Shown in pieces: positions 24,814 to 34,730 of a stretch of 46,739 nt of DNA. Position numbers and translations under genes: made by a program. The number at the start of each line of letters is the position of its first letter. Position 1 is the stretch's first letter. The notes beneath the pieces are model-generated. The model saw only the letters and a program-made list of their open reading frames with translations, had not been told where the DNA came from and ran no database searches. Where the stretch lies: the IMG/VR virus record IMGVR_UViG_3300037882_001209, positions 1-46,739 of that record. One strand, 5' to 3'. This DNA comes from a virus (lineage: Duplodnaviria; Caudoviricetes).

Positions 24814-26280
24814 TTACCACGTTTCTACGAGGATGTAAGCCTGACCGCCAGCACCGCCAGCACCGCCAGCAGTAGTACCGGCACCACCACCACCGCCACC
24901 ACAGCCTAGTGCTCCGTCGCCACCATCGCCGCCCGTACCAGAGAAGTGTGAGCCTCCACCGGTTCCACCATAGGCCCAGGCTAGCTCGTCCGCTGTGGAG
25001 CCTGTAGCGCCCCAGGTACCAGCGCCGCCCCCGAAGATGCCATCTTGTCCGGCACCACCAGCAGCAGCACCACCGGTGCGTTGTGCGAAGTTACCGGCGG
25101 CTGCATAGTGTCCGCCGATAGCATCGGTTGCTACACTCTTACCAGCACCAGAGCAACCCGCGCTTAGTGCACCCCGAGAGGTAGCGCCGAAAGGGGCTTC
25201 GTCGGCAGGGTGGCCGCTTGCATGTGCAGTCGAAGACGTATCACCAACGTACACAACTACGTCGCCGATACGCATACCGATACAGAATTGGCTGGACGCA
25301 GCGCCGCCTCCCGCGCCACCCACAGATGAACCAGGTTCAGCATACAAAAGCGTATTGCTGAACCCAGAAGGGAACGACCCAGTACCAGTATAGCTAGAAT
25401 TAACAAACTCTACTAGCGCGTACTCTTGGGCATCTCCTACGAAACATTCTAACGTGTCCGGCAACTGGGTTCGCTTGAAAGTTCCGATGGTAGTCGCACC
25501 AGAGCCGCCTCCTCGCCCTCCGGCGCGGTTAGCAGCATTGTCCCCTGTCACACCAGCATTACCGTTGCCACCACCGCCTACTAGTGTCAGTCGGACTGTG
25601 GTGCAATCAGTGGGTAGATTTACTGTGGTGTAGCCCAAAGTAGTTAGTACAGTCAGCGAGTAACCTGCGAGCTCTGCTGACCCGACTGCGTCTGCTGCGA
25701 TAGTTAGTACAGTACCACCGGCAGTCTTTGTGACGTCTCCAGTAAATGCACTAGTCTGTACGCCACCGCCGCCAGTGAATTCAATACCTCCACCAACTGT
25801 TAGTTGCTCTACAACTCCTGGGGCTGCAGTATCCCGGCCTAGTAGCCTATCGCTAGAGATATCCTGGATCTTAGCTAGAGTAACCGCAGAGCCCGCGATG
25901 TGCGTAGTACCGACGCCCAAAGCTGCCAACGTTAGTACGCTAGAGCTTACGGTAAAGTTGGTGGAATTGTAGCCGAAGTACGCAGAGATATTGGTTGGAC
26001 CAGTACCGCTACGTTGCCAACTTACATTAAGCGAATTAGCTGGAGCTGCAGGAGTAGCGTCGTCAAAGTCAGCATCCGATACACCCGTACCGTTTACCGA
26101 TACGTTGTCGCCACCGCCGCCGCCTCCACTACCAGTAAGACTAACCCATGCCGAACCGTCCCAGCCTTCGAACTCTGGTGTGTCTAAGTTAAATCCAATC
26201 TGTCCAGCGACGACCACAGAGGGGCGATTAGCTGTAGTCCAGATAGGGGCTACCAGCCAAGGATTTGTACCGATAGCCAT
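24814..26280 (-). CDS. glycine-rich tail fibre/minor tail protein
   Basis: GQIGFN..EGWDGSAW, fibre-like repeats, C-terminal Gly-rich domain (VGGGG..GGGGGGA..GGAGG.AYILVETW). Confidence 0.75.
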   Translation of the reverse strand: MAIGTNPWLVAPIWTTANRPSVVVAGQIGFNLDTPEFEGWDGSAWVSLTGSGGGGGGDNVSVNGTGVSDADFDDATPAAPANSLNVSWQRSGTGPTNISAYFGYNSTNFTVSSSVLTLAALGVGTTHIAGSAVTLAKIQDISSDRLLGRDTAAPGVVEQLTVGGGIEFTGGGGVQTSAFTGDVTKTAGGTVLTIAADAVGSAELAGYSLTVLTTLGYTTVNLPTDCTTVRLTLVGGGGNGNAGVTGDNAANRAGGRGGGSGATTIGTFKRTQLPDTLECFVGDAQEYALVEFVNSSYTGTGSFPSGFSNTLLYAEPGSSVGGAGGGAASSQFCIGMRIGDVVVYVGDTSSTAHASGHPADEAPFGATSRGALSAGCSGAGKSVATDAIGGHYAAAGNFAQRTGGAAAGGAGQDGIFGGGAGTWGATGSTADELAWAYGGTGGGSHFSGTGGDGGDGALGCGGGGGGAGTTAGGAGGAGGQAYILVETW

Positions 26281-26290
26281 GTGTTTGTCC

Positions 26291-27271
26291 TTAGAGCCGG
26301 TCTAGGAATAGTTGGAGTGCAAAGAAGTCTATATCAACTTCACGTGCGGCGGAGGTCTTAGTAAGCGCGCCAAAGACTGGCACTAGTAGGTCGGAAGTGG
26401 GAATGTTGGTTGTCTTAACCGACCCAACTGCTTCGCCCTTGACTGTGAACTGAATACCGGTGTCAGTCATGTACCAGCCTAGATTGCACCAGGCGCCACC
26501 AGCCACACCCATATCTTGCGTTGTTTCTGTGGTTGCAGTACGTACTACGCCGAACCAATTCTCACCCGACCCAGTGGCCTCGTTGCGAAACCCAATACCA
26601 CTAATCGAGTTAGACAGGGCTTCATCTGGATTAGTATTAATCGCCGACCACAGGCCGACCCAGGTGCTAATATTGGTAGTATCTTGCATCTTGACTTTGC
26701 ACCGGAATTCTGACCCGATGGGCGGAGCACCTTGTGCTAGCTGCTCAAGATGGATTACTCCGCCGTAGCCGGACGTTACCCCTGTGGTGAGCCTGGTAAT
26801 ACCAATTTCAGACCAATCCCCAAAGGCCCCCACAGCGTTAACTTTGGTAGCAACGATGTGCCCCGAGATATCGTATCGCTGCCAGGGCAACTCTCCGATA
26901 GTGGGAGAGCAAAAATCGTCCTTGATAAGGATTTGTCTTAGATGGTGTTCTAGGTTGTTGGCGTGCTCCTTTAGCTCAATCCGGTTGATACCATACTTAG
27001 AAGCGTTCGCACCCTTGGAAAGGCGAATACGTGCGTAACGAGCCCCTTCCGGAGGGACAAGGTGCCGAGCATTTACTTGCCAAGTGTTGGCTGTGGTAGC
27101 TGCAGCACTAAAGATAGTCCATGTGGCTAACGTAGCTTGTGCACCATTGTACCAGCGTACGTAAACTGTTAGAGCATTGGAAGTAGAGTCCGAGGCCCAT
27201 TCCATAAAGAACCTGTAACGCTTTTTTGGCGTTACAGGTATGATGGCCGAAGCTGCAATGCATGCGCCCAT
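26291..27271 (-). CDS. tail tip protein C-terminal part (carbohydrate-binding and beta-sandwich domains); in frame with 27278..29068
   Basis: IPVTPKKRYRF...VRWYN...W...PPEGARYARIRL is the C-terminal half of a galactose-binding/CBM-like fold. Confidence 0.75.
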   Translation of the reverse strand: MGACIAASAIIPVTPKKRYRFFMEWASDSTSNALTVYVRWYNGAQATLATWTIFSAAATTANTWQVNARHLVPPEGARYARIRLSKGANASKYGINRIELKEHANNLEHHLRQILIKDDFCSPTIGELPWQRYDISGHIVATKVNAVGAFGDWSEIGITRLTTGVTSGYGGVIHLEQLAQGAPPIGSEFRCKVKMQDTTNISTWVGLWSAINTNPDEALSNSISGIGFRNEATGSGENWFGVVRTATTETTQDMGVAGGAWCNLGWYMTDTGIQFTVKGEAVGSVKTTNIPTSDLLVPVFGALTKTSAAREVDIDFFALQLFLDRL

Positions 27272-27277
27272 TGTCCC

Positions 27278-29068
27278 CTACTTTAGCAACAAGAACTTGT
27301 CGCCGAACCGTGGCGTAACAGAAGTGTATACGGTGCCGTCGTCTAGTGCCGCGTCGGTTGCCCAGGTACCTGTTTCCATAGACCAGCCGTCAGGTTCAAA
27401 CGCGGGGCCTTTAGTCTGTTCGTTGAAGTGGGACGACAACCCCTCGTTGAATACTGTATTGTCTGGATGCAAGCCTGCCGTACCCATAGCTAGCGCTTTC
27501 TTCCCAGCTACGGTCTGGTACCCAGACTCGCCAGCCTTAGAAACAGCACGAACGTGTACATCTAGCAATTCGTCCACAGGGACGAGCCCAGACTGTTCAG
27601 ACTGGATAAGGAAGGAGTTGGCCTTGGTTACACCGACTAGCGTAGCGGAGCTTGGCGTGCCCCCAGACTCTGTTACGTGTACCTCGAAGAACGTATCCTT
27701 GAGTAGCTGTCCATCCTGGTAGGCATCGAATCCGGTCATGGCCAGATCCCAATTTACCTGCATACCTAGATTAGACTCTGTAACGCGGGCATCTGCAATC
27801 TCTGCAGCATCGCTGCGAGGCTTACGTGCGATACCGTTAACCCCGGCGTTCTGGAACCAGGCTAGGTTTTTCCCAGCCGCTTTGTCTTCGCGCAATTGCA
27901 TGTGAGTGTACGCCCTACCCTCTGTAATATAGTGTCTAAACGACACCACAGCGTAGGCTGGGTCATATGTGTAATGCACATCGTTAGCTTCAAAGGTGTA
28001 GAGGTCGTCTAGCTCTACGTGGGCAAATAACGGCATGTCTACAGTTTGGGCAACTCGCGGCAGGCTTAGGTCGTCTAGCATGGCACCCGCCATGATAGTG
28101 GCCTCGGCTGACGTATTGATGATAGAGCTAGCAGCTTCTGTTACACCCATCCACCGTCGACCATAGGCTGTTACAGAGGTAGCGCTAACGGCTGTAACAC
28201 TCTTTGCCTTGGGTGTTCCGTCAGCGCGTAAATCTGCAATGTCCGGATACGTAACCTTGATAGCGTTCCGGATACCTGCGATATCTACATTCACACTATT
28301 GATGCTATAGTATTGTTCCTGATTGAACGTACGATGCACCGACACATTATCTCGTGAAGGTTCGATTAGTGTCAATCGAAATGCACTAGTCCCCGAGTCC
28401 CACAAGTACTTAAGCCGCCAACCAATCTGGTCTGATAGCAACAGCAACTGGTCTGCTAGGGATTGCTGCGTAACCTTGAACTCTAGAATGTTCCACGAAG
28501 GTGTGGTCGGGGTGTACAGCGTGGGAGCCGCACCACCTAGAACGTCGTCTAGGATTTCCTGCATAATGTCTTCAACAGGGTTTCCTAGGGAGTCGCTGTA
28601 TGCAGCCTCTGCCTCAATGAAGGTGTCTTGCAGCTCTCGAAACTGGTCTCTACAAGACACCTCGATGGTATCGCTACCCCAGTCGATAGTATCGATGGCA
28701 CCACGGAAGAGCTCGATGTAGGCTAGGTGCCCAGCATTGTAGTCGGCACCGTACTTTACAGATACCACTACTTCATGGTTTAGAGCCAGGATGGGATCCC
28801 AGGACCCGGCGATATTCTTATTGATTCTGGTTACCTTGTTAAGGGGGGCCATGGAATCGTTGTACACTGAACGCTTAATGCGGATCTTACAATCCGCAGC
28901 GTCAGCATCGATATCCATTCCAGTCTCTACACCTAGAACCCAGTTAGTGCCCTTAAAGGACGTGATATCCTGTAGCGTACCGTCGCCATCCTCTATCTGC
29001 ACACGTAGTGTAACAGACTTGGATTGGCTGGCGTAGATAGCCTCATGGTTTGCATCTATGGTACGCAT
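27278..29068 (-). CDS. tail tip/baseplate hub protein
   Basis: Position after the Dit-like gene; FRGAIDTIDW..IEVSCRD, IRNAIKV, YGRRW, FN3-like segment. Confidence 0.75.
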   Translation of the reverse strand: MRTIDANHEAIYASQSKSVTLRVQIEDGDGTLQDITSFKGTNWVLGVETGMDIDADAADCKIRIKRSVYNDSMAPLNKVTRINKNIAGSWDPILALNHEVVVSVKYGADYNAGHLAYIELFRGAIDTIDWGSDTIEVSCRDQFRELQDTFIEAEAAYSDSLGNPVEDIMQEILDDVLGGAAPTLYTPTTPSWNILEFKVTQQSLADQLLLLSDQIGWRLKYLWDSGTSAFRLTLIEPSRDNVSVHRTFNQEQYYSINSVNVDIAGIRNAIKVTYPDIADLRADGTPKAKSVTAVSATSVTAYGRRWMGVTEAASSIINTSAEATIMAGAMLDDLSLPRVAQTVDMPLFAHVELDDLYTFEANDVHYTYDPAYAVVSFRHYITEGRAYTHMQLREDKAAGKNLAWFQNAGVNGIARKPRSDAAEIADARVTESNLGMQVNWDLAMTGFDAYQDGQLLKDTFFEVHVTESGGTPSSATLVGVTKANSFLIQSEQSGLVPVDELLDVHVRAVSKAGESGYQTVAGKKALAMGTAGLHPDNTVFNEGLSSHFNEQTKGPAFEPDGWSMETGTWATDAALDDGTVYTSVTPRFGDKFLLLK

Positions 29069-29078
29069 TGTAGCTCCA

Positions 29079-29897
29079 CTAGGACAGTCTAGTATGCTGG
29101 TGTAGTTCGAACTCGACTTGCATTAGGTCATTGTAGAATGTGCCATCCACAGTACCCTGTGCGTACGACACACCTACATTCTGGCCTATTACATGGTGAA
29201 TCTGGTCATTCAGCATAGCACCACGATTTCGTAGTAAGGGCAATGGACCGAAGGCCGTGTTCATTGTGCCTAAATCCTCTGCCCAGGCTGCGTCAATTGC
29301 TTCGTCGATAATAACTAGGTCATCGAAATACGACTGTGTTACAGACGTTGCATCGGCAAGAGTAAACACTCCAGCACTTTCAGTGATGAAGGCAGTAGAT
29401 GCGCCGTCGTTACGCACACCATCTACCCACTTGTTGCCGTTCGAATTTACGATGTAGTGGTTGACTGGGTTGAAGTCCGCATCCCCCTTCCACAACATCA
29501 CAGTCCAGTCGAAGACATAGCCAGTGTCGAATGTGACTACTTCGCCAGCATTAATCTCTAGTCCGGCGTCGCCGAACTGTTTAGCACTAGTATTACGTGC
29601 GGTATGGTTATCTCCAGTAGCCGGGAACAATCCTTTACTGGAGTACAGATAGTCTGTGGTGTCATCGAAGTTCCACACGTGGCCCCGACCTTGCAACAAA
29701 GCTACAAGGAATCTGGCCTCGCTTGGAATCATCCACGGCGTAGTACCTGACCACATACGCCGTAGATGCTGGACTGTAGCTAGTGGCTTACCGTTGTAAG
29801 CCCTAGTGAAATCCCCGGTAACAACTGGTGTCATACCAGCGCTACCGGGGCGCACCGGGATTGCATGATTTTGGAAATACAGGAACGTGTTAGCCAT
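29079..29897 (-). CDS. distal tail (Dit-like) protein with inserted lectin-like domain
   Basis: Directly after the tape measure gene; beta-rich, central YFDDLVI segment. Confidence 0.6.
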   Translation of the reverse strand: MANTFLYFQNHAIPVRPGSAGMTPVVTGDFTRAYNGKPLATVQHLRRMWSGTTPWMIPSEARFLVALLQGRGHVWNFDDTTDYLYSSKGLFPATGDNHTARNTSAKQFGDAGLEINAGEVVTFDTGYVFDWTVMLWKGDADFNPVNHYIVNSNGNKWVDGVRNDGASTAFITESAGVFTLADATSVTQSYFDDLVIIDEAIDAAWAEDLGTMNTAFGPLPLLRNRGAMLNDQIHHVIGQNVGVSYAQGTVDGTFYNDLMQVEFELHQHTRLS

Positions 29898-29900
29898 AGT

Positions 29901-32900
29901 CTATCCTGCTACGAAGCGTCCCGCAGTGGTGAGCGGTGCACGTCCTGTGGAGGTTAATCCCTTACGCTTAGCTACGTTCTGTAGCTCATTGTACAATTCA
30001 TCTAGGTTGTTCGCTTGCACCACAAGGGTCTCGATGTAGACATTGCCGCTACCGGCGCCACGCGAGACGCGCATTGTAGCGCTAGACGCCGAGGCACCGC
30101 CGACCCCACCGGTCGCCCGCACGTCGCCCGCACCGTCAGACTCTGTAGTATCGATGGCGAGGTCAGGAGAGCCGTCCGGGCCGCTAGTACCGCCCCCTGA
30201 ACCGCCCCCGGAGCGTCCCCCACTTCCACCGCCACTACCTGCCCCTTGTCCTGGGCTAGTACCTGTGGCAGAGTTCAGACGGGCTAGAGCAACCTTGTAA
30301 CCCTCGGGCACGTTCAACAGAGATTCTGTCATAGCGTCCATCGCATCCGTGGCAGTCTCTGTAGACTCCGTGTGGTCTGCGATTGCTGCAGCATCGTCCC
30401 ATGTCATATTCCATAGAGTCGCCATGTCGTCAGCCATGGCATCAAGATTCCATTGCGACTCTTCTAGCTGGTCTTCTAGTTTCTTGAAGACCTTACCCAT
30501 TCCAGGAATGGATTGGATTACATCGATAACGCCAGTGACTGCCCATACGAATGCGTTCCACAGAGCGCCAGCAGCAGTAGCGAAAGCTAGTACGATTACA
30601 CCTAGACCCTTGAATACCCAGAATGCAGCCTCAAGCACTGGCTGCAATACAGTAGTAATGACTTCAAGTAGGTCTGTGTTAATCATAGACATTACTTGTG
30701 CTAGCATTTGGAAGGCGGACAGTAGCGGGACGAAGAGGATGGCCAGGCTTCTAGCTTGGTTAGCCATCATTCCCAAAGCAAGCCCAAATCCTGTGGTAGA
30801 CATGGCTACTTCTACAACTACAGTAATCAACTGACCTAGTACATTAAAGAAACTCTTAAGCGGGCTGATGTATTCATTGAGTGAGGAAGAAATATCTGTG
30901 AAAATTTTGGAAAGAGTTTCAAACAGATACTGGATTGTCTCTGTCCCCAGGATTAGCTGAATGACAGCGCCTGTGGCCATCGATAGAGTAGAGCCTAGCT
31001 GTAGCAAGCCGCCCACAGACTCGGGTAGGGCACTAGTGATTTGCCCGCCCATTAGACCCATCAAGCTGCCACCTTCGTCGCCAGCTACCCAGGGAGTAGC
31101 GGGATTAGGTAGTTGCTCTTTAGCGTACTTTAGACGGCTCTGGATACCCTCTAGGTACTCAACAAGCGGATCGAACGCTGCTTCGAAGTTGTCTATCTGG
31201 AGTGCCAAGTTATCCGCAGCACCTTCCAACAGATCCGACGTAAGGCCGAGTACAGCAACGCCGGGCTGGAACAACTGCCACAGGTAGTTCTCTACTAGCC
31301 TATTCAGTACCTTCGTATCTACCTTACCCGCCCCCACAGCCCCACTATCGCCTAGACCGAGCAACTCTAGTAGCTGCTTAAGGACTTCGTCTGGGTCAAG
31401 GGAGCCCTTTTTGAAGCCTTGCATAAAGCTCATCATGTGGCCAAACACCTTGTCTGGCAACATGGACTTAAACAGGTCCGCTAGGGGGCCGTCAATGAAC
31501 TCGGTAAAGGAGTCTTCTGTAGAATACAGAAACTCTAGTAGGGTATTCTCTACAAAGCTTGTAGCCGTATCAGTTATGGCGCCGTGGAGTCCACCAGGCT
31601 CACTAAGCTTGTCAATTAGCTTATCAGTAGTGCTCAAGGCCCCCTTGAGTGCATCATTAAAGGAGGCCACCCAGGGTGGCGCAAAGTCTACATCAACAAT
31701 GTTGACTAGCTCGGCATAAGCTGTAAGCAGGGTATCAAATTGCTTAAGAATCTCTAACGTTACATGCGTTAGAGCATAATTGATTCCCGCCTGCATTGAG
31801 TCTATCACTTTGGTGATAGTCTTTGCAGCTACAATTACAATGCCCTTGATGTTACCCCAGTTGCCTGCCCACGCCATAGTAAACATAGTAGCTAGCAAGG
31901 TTACTTGTGTCAAGAACCCAGCGAGTACTAGTAGCGCGCCTACCATCGCTGCAACCGCAGGGGCACCTAGCGTTGTCAGTACCGAGGCGACGCCGATTAC
32001 AGCAGACACCAGGGCAGAAACAACGAATACAGCACCCATGCCAGCAGTGAACAGTAGAGCAAATCCAGCAGCAGCCGAAATAGCAGCGAACACAAGAGCT
32101 TGAGTAGATGGCGACAGCGAGTTAAAGACAACTAGCACCTGGTGCGCTACGTTTGCGAGAATAATTAGACCCTCCATTACAGGGCCCAAAAACTTCCCGA
32201 AAGTGGTAGCGAGGCGAACTACTTGTGGAATTAGCGGAACCAGCGCCTTAGCTAGGGGCATGAACCCCTCACCTAGAGCCTGCTGCATGCCTTCCTTAGC
32301 AGCTTGCCAAGCCCCAGAGAACGTTCTAGTAAAGTCTCTCATGCCTCCCTTGTATTGAAGCATGTGCTCAACGATAGCTTTAAGCGCCTGGTCCGAAGAT
32401 ACGAAGCCAGTCTTAACCTCCGCGCGTAACTCCTGGACTGACATACCCATAGAGTCGGCTACTGCTTGCCAAACGTTACCAGCAACGTTCGACATCTGGT
32501 TCATGTCCTGGGTCATCAACTTTCCAGCAGCACGAATCTGCGAGAAAGCGATAGTAATGCGCCGTAGCTCGTCCGCACTACCAGTCCCAGTCTTAGTAAT
32601 CGTGTCGCCGAACAGCTCCATTAGGGGGATGGTAGCCTCGATTTCGGTACCGTAGGCACCTAGAATCTGGACTCCCTTCGCTACCTCATCGAAGCCAAAG
32701 GGCGTCTCAACGGCAAAATCCTTCATCTTCTGCAACATAGCTGCAGCCTCTTCCGACGATCCGGTAAGGGCTGTTAGTTGTAGCTCCGCCTTCTCGAATG
32801 ACTCTACCATCTCGAACCCAGCCGCGACGGTAATTTTAGCCAAACTAGTGACGTTCTGCCCGACGCTTTCAACCATGTCCTGGAAATTACGCATGTATCT

Positions 32901-32978
32901 ATGCGCCATTCCCACAGACTTTCCAAGGTTGGAAACGTCCATATACAAGCCGATGGTAAGCTTACCTAGATCAATCAC
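29901..32978 (-). CDS. tape measure protein
   Basis: 1025 aa, LTGSSEEA..FAVETPF..QIRAAGKL tape-measure domain, hydrophobic Ala/Gly-rich helices. Confidence 0.93.
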   Translation of the reverse strand: MIDLGKLTIGLYMDVSNLGKSVGMAHRYMRNFQDMVESVGQNVTSLAKITVAAGFEMVESFEKAELQLTALTGSSEEAAAMLQKMKDFAVETPFGFDEVAKGVQILGAYGTEIEATIPLMELFGDTITKTGTGSADELRRITIAFSQIRAAGKLMTQDMNQMSNVAGNVWQAVADSMGMSVQELRAEVKTGFVSSDQALKAIVEHMLQYKGGMRDFTRTFSGAWQAAKEGMQQALGEGFMPLAKALVPLIPQVVRLATTFGKFLGPVMEGLIILANVAHQVLVVFNSLSPSTQALVFAAISAAAGFALLFTAGMGAVFVVSALVSAVIGVASVLTTLGAPAVAAMVGALLVLAGFLTQVTLLATMFTMAWAGNWGNIKGIVIVAAKTITKVIDSMQAGINYALTHVTLEILKQFDTLLTAYAELVNIVDVDFAPPWVASFNDALKGALSTTDKLIDKLSEPGGLHGAITDTATSFVENTLLEFLYSTEDSFTEFIDGPLADLFKSMLPDKVFGHMMSFMQGFKKGSLDPDEVLKQLLELLGLGDSGAVGAGKVDTKVLNRLVENYLWQLFQPGVAVLGLTSDLLEGAADNLALQIDNFEAAFDPLVEYLEGIQSRLKYAKEQLPNPATPWVAGDEGGSLMGLMGGQITSALPESVGGLLQLGSTLSMATGAVIQLILGTETIQYLFETLSKIFTDISSSLNEYISPLKSFFNVLGQLITVVVEVAMSTTGFGLALGMMANQARSLAILFVPLLSAFQMLAQVMSMINTDLLEVITTVLQPVLEAAFWVFKGLGVIVLAFATAAGALWNAFVWAVTGVIDVIQSIPGMGKVFKKLEDQLEESQWNLDAMADDMATLWNMTWDDAAAIADHTESTETATDAMDAMTESLLNVPEGYKVALARLNSATGTSPGQGAGSGGGSGGRSGGGSGGGTSGPDGSPDLAIDTTESDGAGDVRATGGVGGASASSATMRVSRGAGSGNVYIETLVVQANNLDELYNELQNVAKRKGLTSTGRAPLTTAGRFVAG

Positions 32979-33575
32979 GTTTTGCTCCTACGCGTCCGCC
33001 AAACACTGATTTCTTAGGTTGCTTCAAGGGCCCCTTTTTCTTTTTACTAGCCTCGTGTTCCTCATTCTTAAGGATGAAGTAAACACGCCATCCATCTAGT
33101 TCGTCCAGCGACATATTATCTTCTATGTCGCTGACGAAACAATGCAGATGCGAAGCGAGCTCATAGATGAACTTACGCTCCGCATCATATCTTAGTTTTT
33201 TGCGGGGTCTTCCTCGCTAGACGACCGCACATTCAACATACGCATAGCTGCCTGCGCCACCTTATCATACCAAGACCCTGCAGGTAGGTCTAGCAACCCG
33301 TCCCTATCTGCCAGAGTGAACAGCTTGTTCCCTGTGGTATCATAAGTAAGCTCGATTACCGCTAGAAGCATTAGCTCCATAGGGTCCAGCTTATTTGCGA
33401 CATCCTCTTCATTCTTTGCAATCTTCATACCAGCAGCCTTGAACAGCTGGTTGCGTTGCTTGATAGAAGGACTACGAATCTCTACCGTCAGTCCCTCCTC
33501 TAGCTCTACTACTTCCTTCTTAAAATCCTGCGATCGGCTTAGTAGTGTCGAGCGCATTTGGTCCCTGATACTCAT
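32971..33575 (-). CDS. tail assembly chaperone long form (gpGT) via -1 frameshift
   Basis: A-AAA-AAC at 33201-33195 just before TAA; the -1 frame is open for 74 codons (LRYDAERKFIYELASHL..MSLDELDGWRVYF) to TGA 32973-32971 overlapping the TMP start. Confidence 0.85.
33192..33575 (-). CDS. tail assembly chaperone (gpG)
   Basis: AGGAGG RBS; lies between tail tube genes and TMP; ends in AKN*. Confidence 0.85.
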   Translation of the reverse strand: MSIRDQMRSTLLSRSQDFKKEVVELEEGLTVEIRSPSIKQRNQLFKAAGMKIAKNEEDVANKLDPMELMLLAVIELTYDTTGNKLFTLADRDGLLDLPAGSWYDKVAQAAMRMLNVRSSSEEDPAKN

Positions 33576-33588
33576 CTTGTCCTCCTAA

Positions 33589-33630
33589 TAAAAAGAAACC
33601 CCGACGCACCACAGGTGAGCCGGGGTTTTT
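33589..33630 (-). terminator. intrinsic terminator after tail tube genes
   Basis: AACCCCG/CGGGGTT stem with T-tract on -; the loop region holds a CACCACAGG motif copy. Confidence 0.75.
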
Positions 33631-33635
33631 GTGTT

Positions 33636-34298
33636 TTAGCTGGGATCGCCAATATTGAAGTTTGCTACCCGTCCCGCCGAATCGTACCGCGAATTACTGA
33701 CAAAGCTTAACGAAGTGGCTACTTGGTCTGCTACGCTTGCACTCTGCTCTAGGCTATTGATGTAGCCCCAGCAGCGAAACGCTTTTGTCGCGTGGAACTT
33801 GACAGAGAAGAGCGCTAGCGTCTGTGCTGTATGCAGAGTCTGTAGCGTAGTTGTCCCGCCGCCAGAATCTTGGTCGGTGCTAGCAATATCATGGACACCA
33901 AAGGTGCCAGAAGCTTGCTTTAGACCAATGATTCGCGCGTAGGCTGTGTCTCCAAATTCCGTGTCGTCAATCTCGTCAGCTTCCATGGACACTTGGAACT
34001 CATGTCCACCAGCAATCTGCAGAAGTGGGATGTAAGCACCGTCAGCTGTAATAGGTCCAGTCTTAACACCAGTGAAGGTAACTGTACCAAACAGATAGTC
34101 GATGCTGGAGATATCCCCCGCAGCAATTGCTACGGCGTTGTCGTAGAACGTGGGCAGTGTGCTTGGATTCCACACTTGCTTCGAGGCAGTATTAATCTTC
34201 CAAGTGTTGCCAGTCGTGTTGGTAAACGCCTCGCCTGTGAAAGCAGTAGAAGTCCCGCCAACATAAATAGCACAATTGAATCCTGGTTGAGCAGCCAT
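33636..34298 (-). CDS. tail tube-like protein with inserted domain
   Basis: FQVSMEADEIDDTEF..ARIIGLKQASGT parallels the upstream tube protein; GGAGG RBS. Confidence 0.75.
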   Translation of the reverse strand: MAAQPGFNCAIYVGGTSTAFTGEAFTNTTGNTWKINTASKQVWNPSTLPTFYDNAVAIAAGDISSIDYLFGTVTFTGVKTGPITADGAYIPLLQIAGGHEFQVSMEADEIDDTEFGDTAYARIIGLKQASGTFGVHDIASTDQDSGGGTTTLQTLHTAQTLALFSVKFHATKAFRCWGYINSLEQSASVADQVATSLSFVSNSRYDSAGRVANFNIGDPS

Positions 34299-34313
34299 AC
34301 AAACCTCCTAGCC

Positions 34314-34721
34314 TTAGCTATGAGTCGCTACGGCGCCAGTGGAAACTAGATCAAAACTAACCTGAACCAAGTCAGCAACACCTGCACTGATTTCCATCTT
34401 AGTTACATAGCAGAGTACCTTAAGACCTGCTGTGCCGTTGAATAGAATACCGAGCCCCACAGAGGTCTTATTTAGGTAAGCATCTTGTAGCACTACCTGC
34501 CCGCTAGTGTCGCCGGACTCGTAATCCCCCGATAGAGTGATGGTAGTCCCGGCCAGACCTAGAATCTTGGCGTAGGCTCCGGACGTATCCTTAAAGTCTG
34601 TGACGTCTAGTTCGTCGTTCTCCATGGAGAACGAGTAATCCTTGATCCCGTCAATCTCGTTGTAGGTCCCGCCTAGGGTAGTGGCTACCTCAACGGCACC
34701 AGCATGTGCTGCAACAGCCAT
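34314..34721 (-). CDS. major tail tube protein
   Basis: YSFSMENDELDVTDF..KILGLAGTTITLSG...VSFDLVSTGAV typical of siphophage tube proteins. Confidence 0.8.
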   Translation of the reverse strand: MAVAAHAGAVEVATTLGGTYNEIDGIKDYSFSMENDELDVTDFKDTSGAYAKILGLAGTTITLSGDYESGDTSGQVVLQDAYLNKTSVGLGILFNGTAGLKVLCYVTKMEISAGVADLVQVSFDLVSTGAVATHS

Positions 34722-34730
34722 TAGAAACTC

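Noticed and set aside
24814-25600. GCACCGCCA-type short repeats
   Set aside because: Explained by Gly/Ala codons of the glycine-rich tail fibre.
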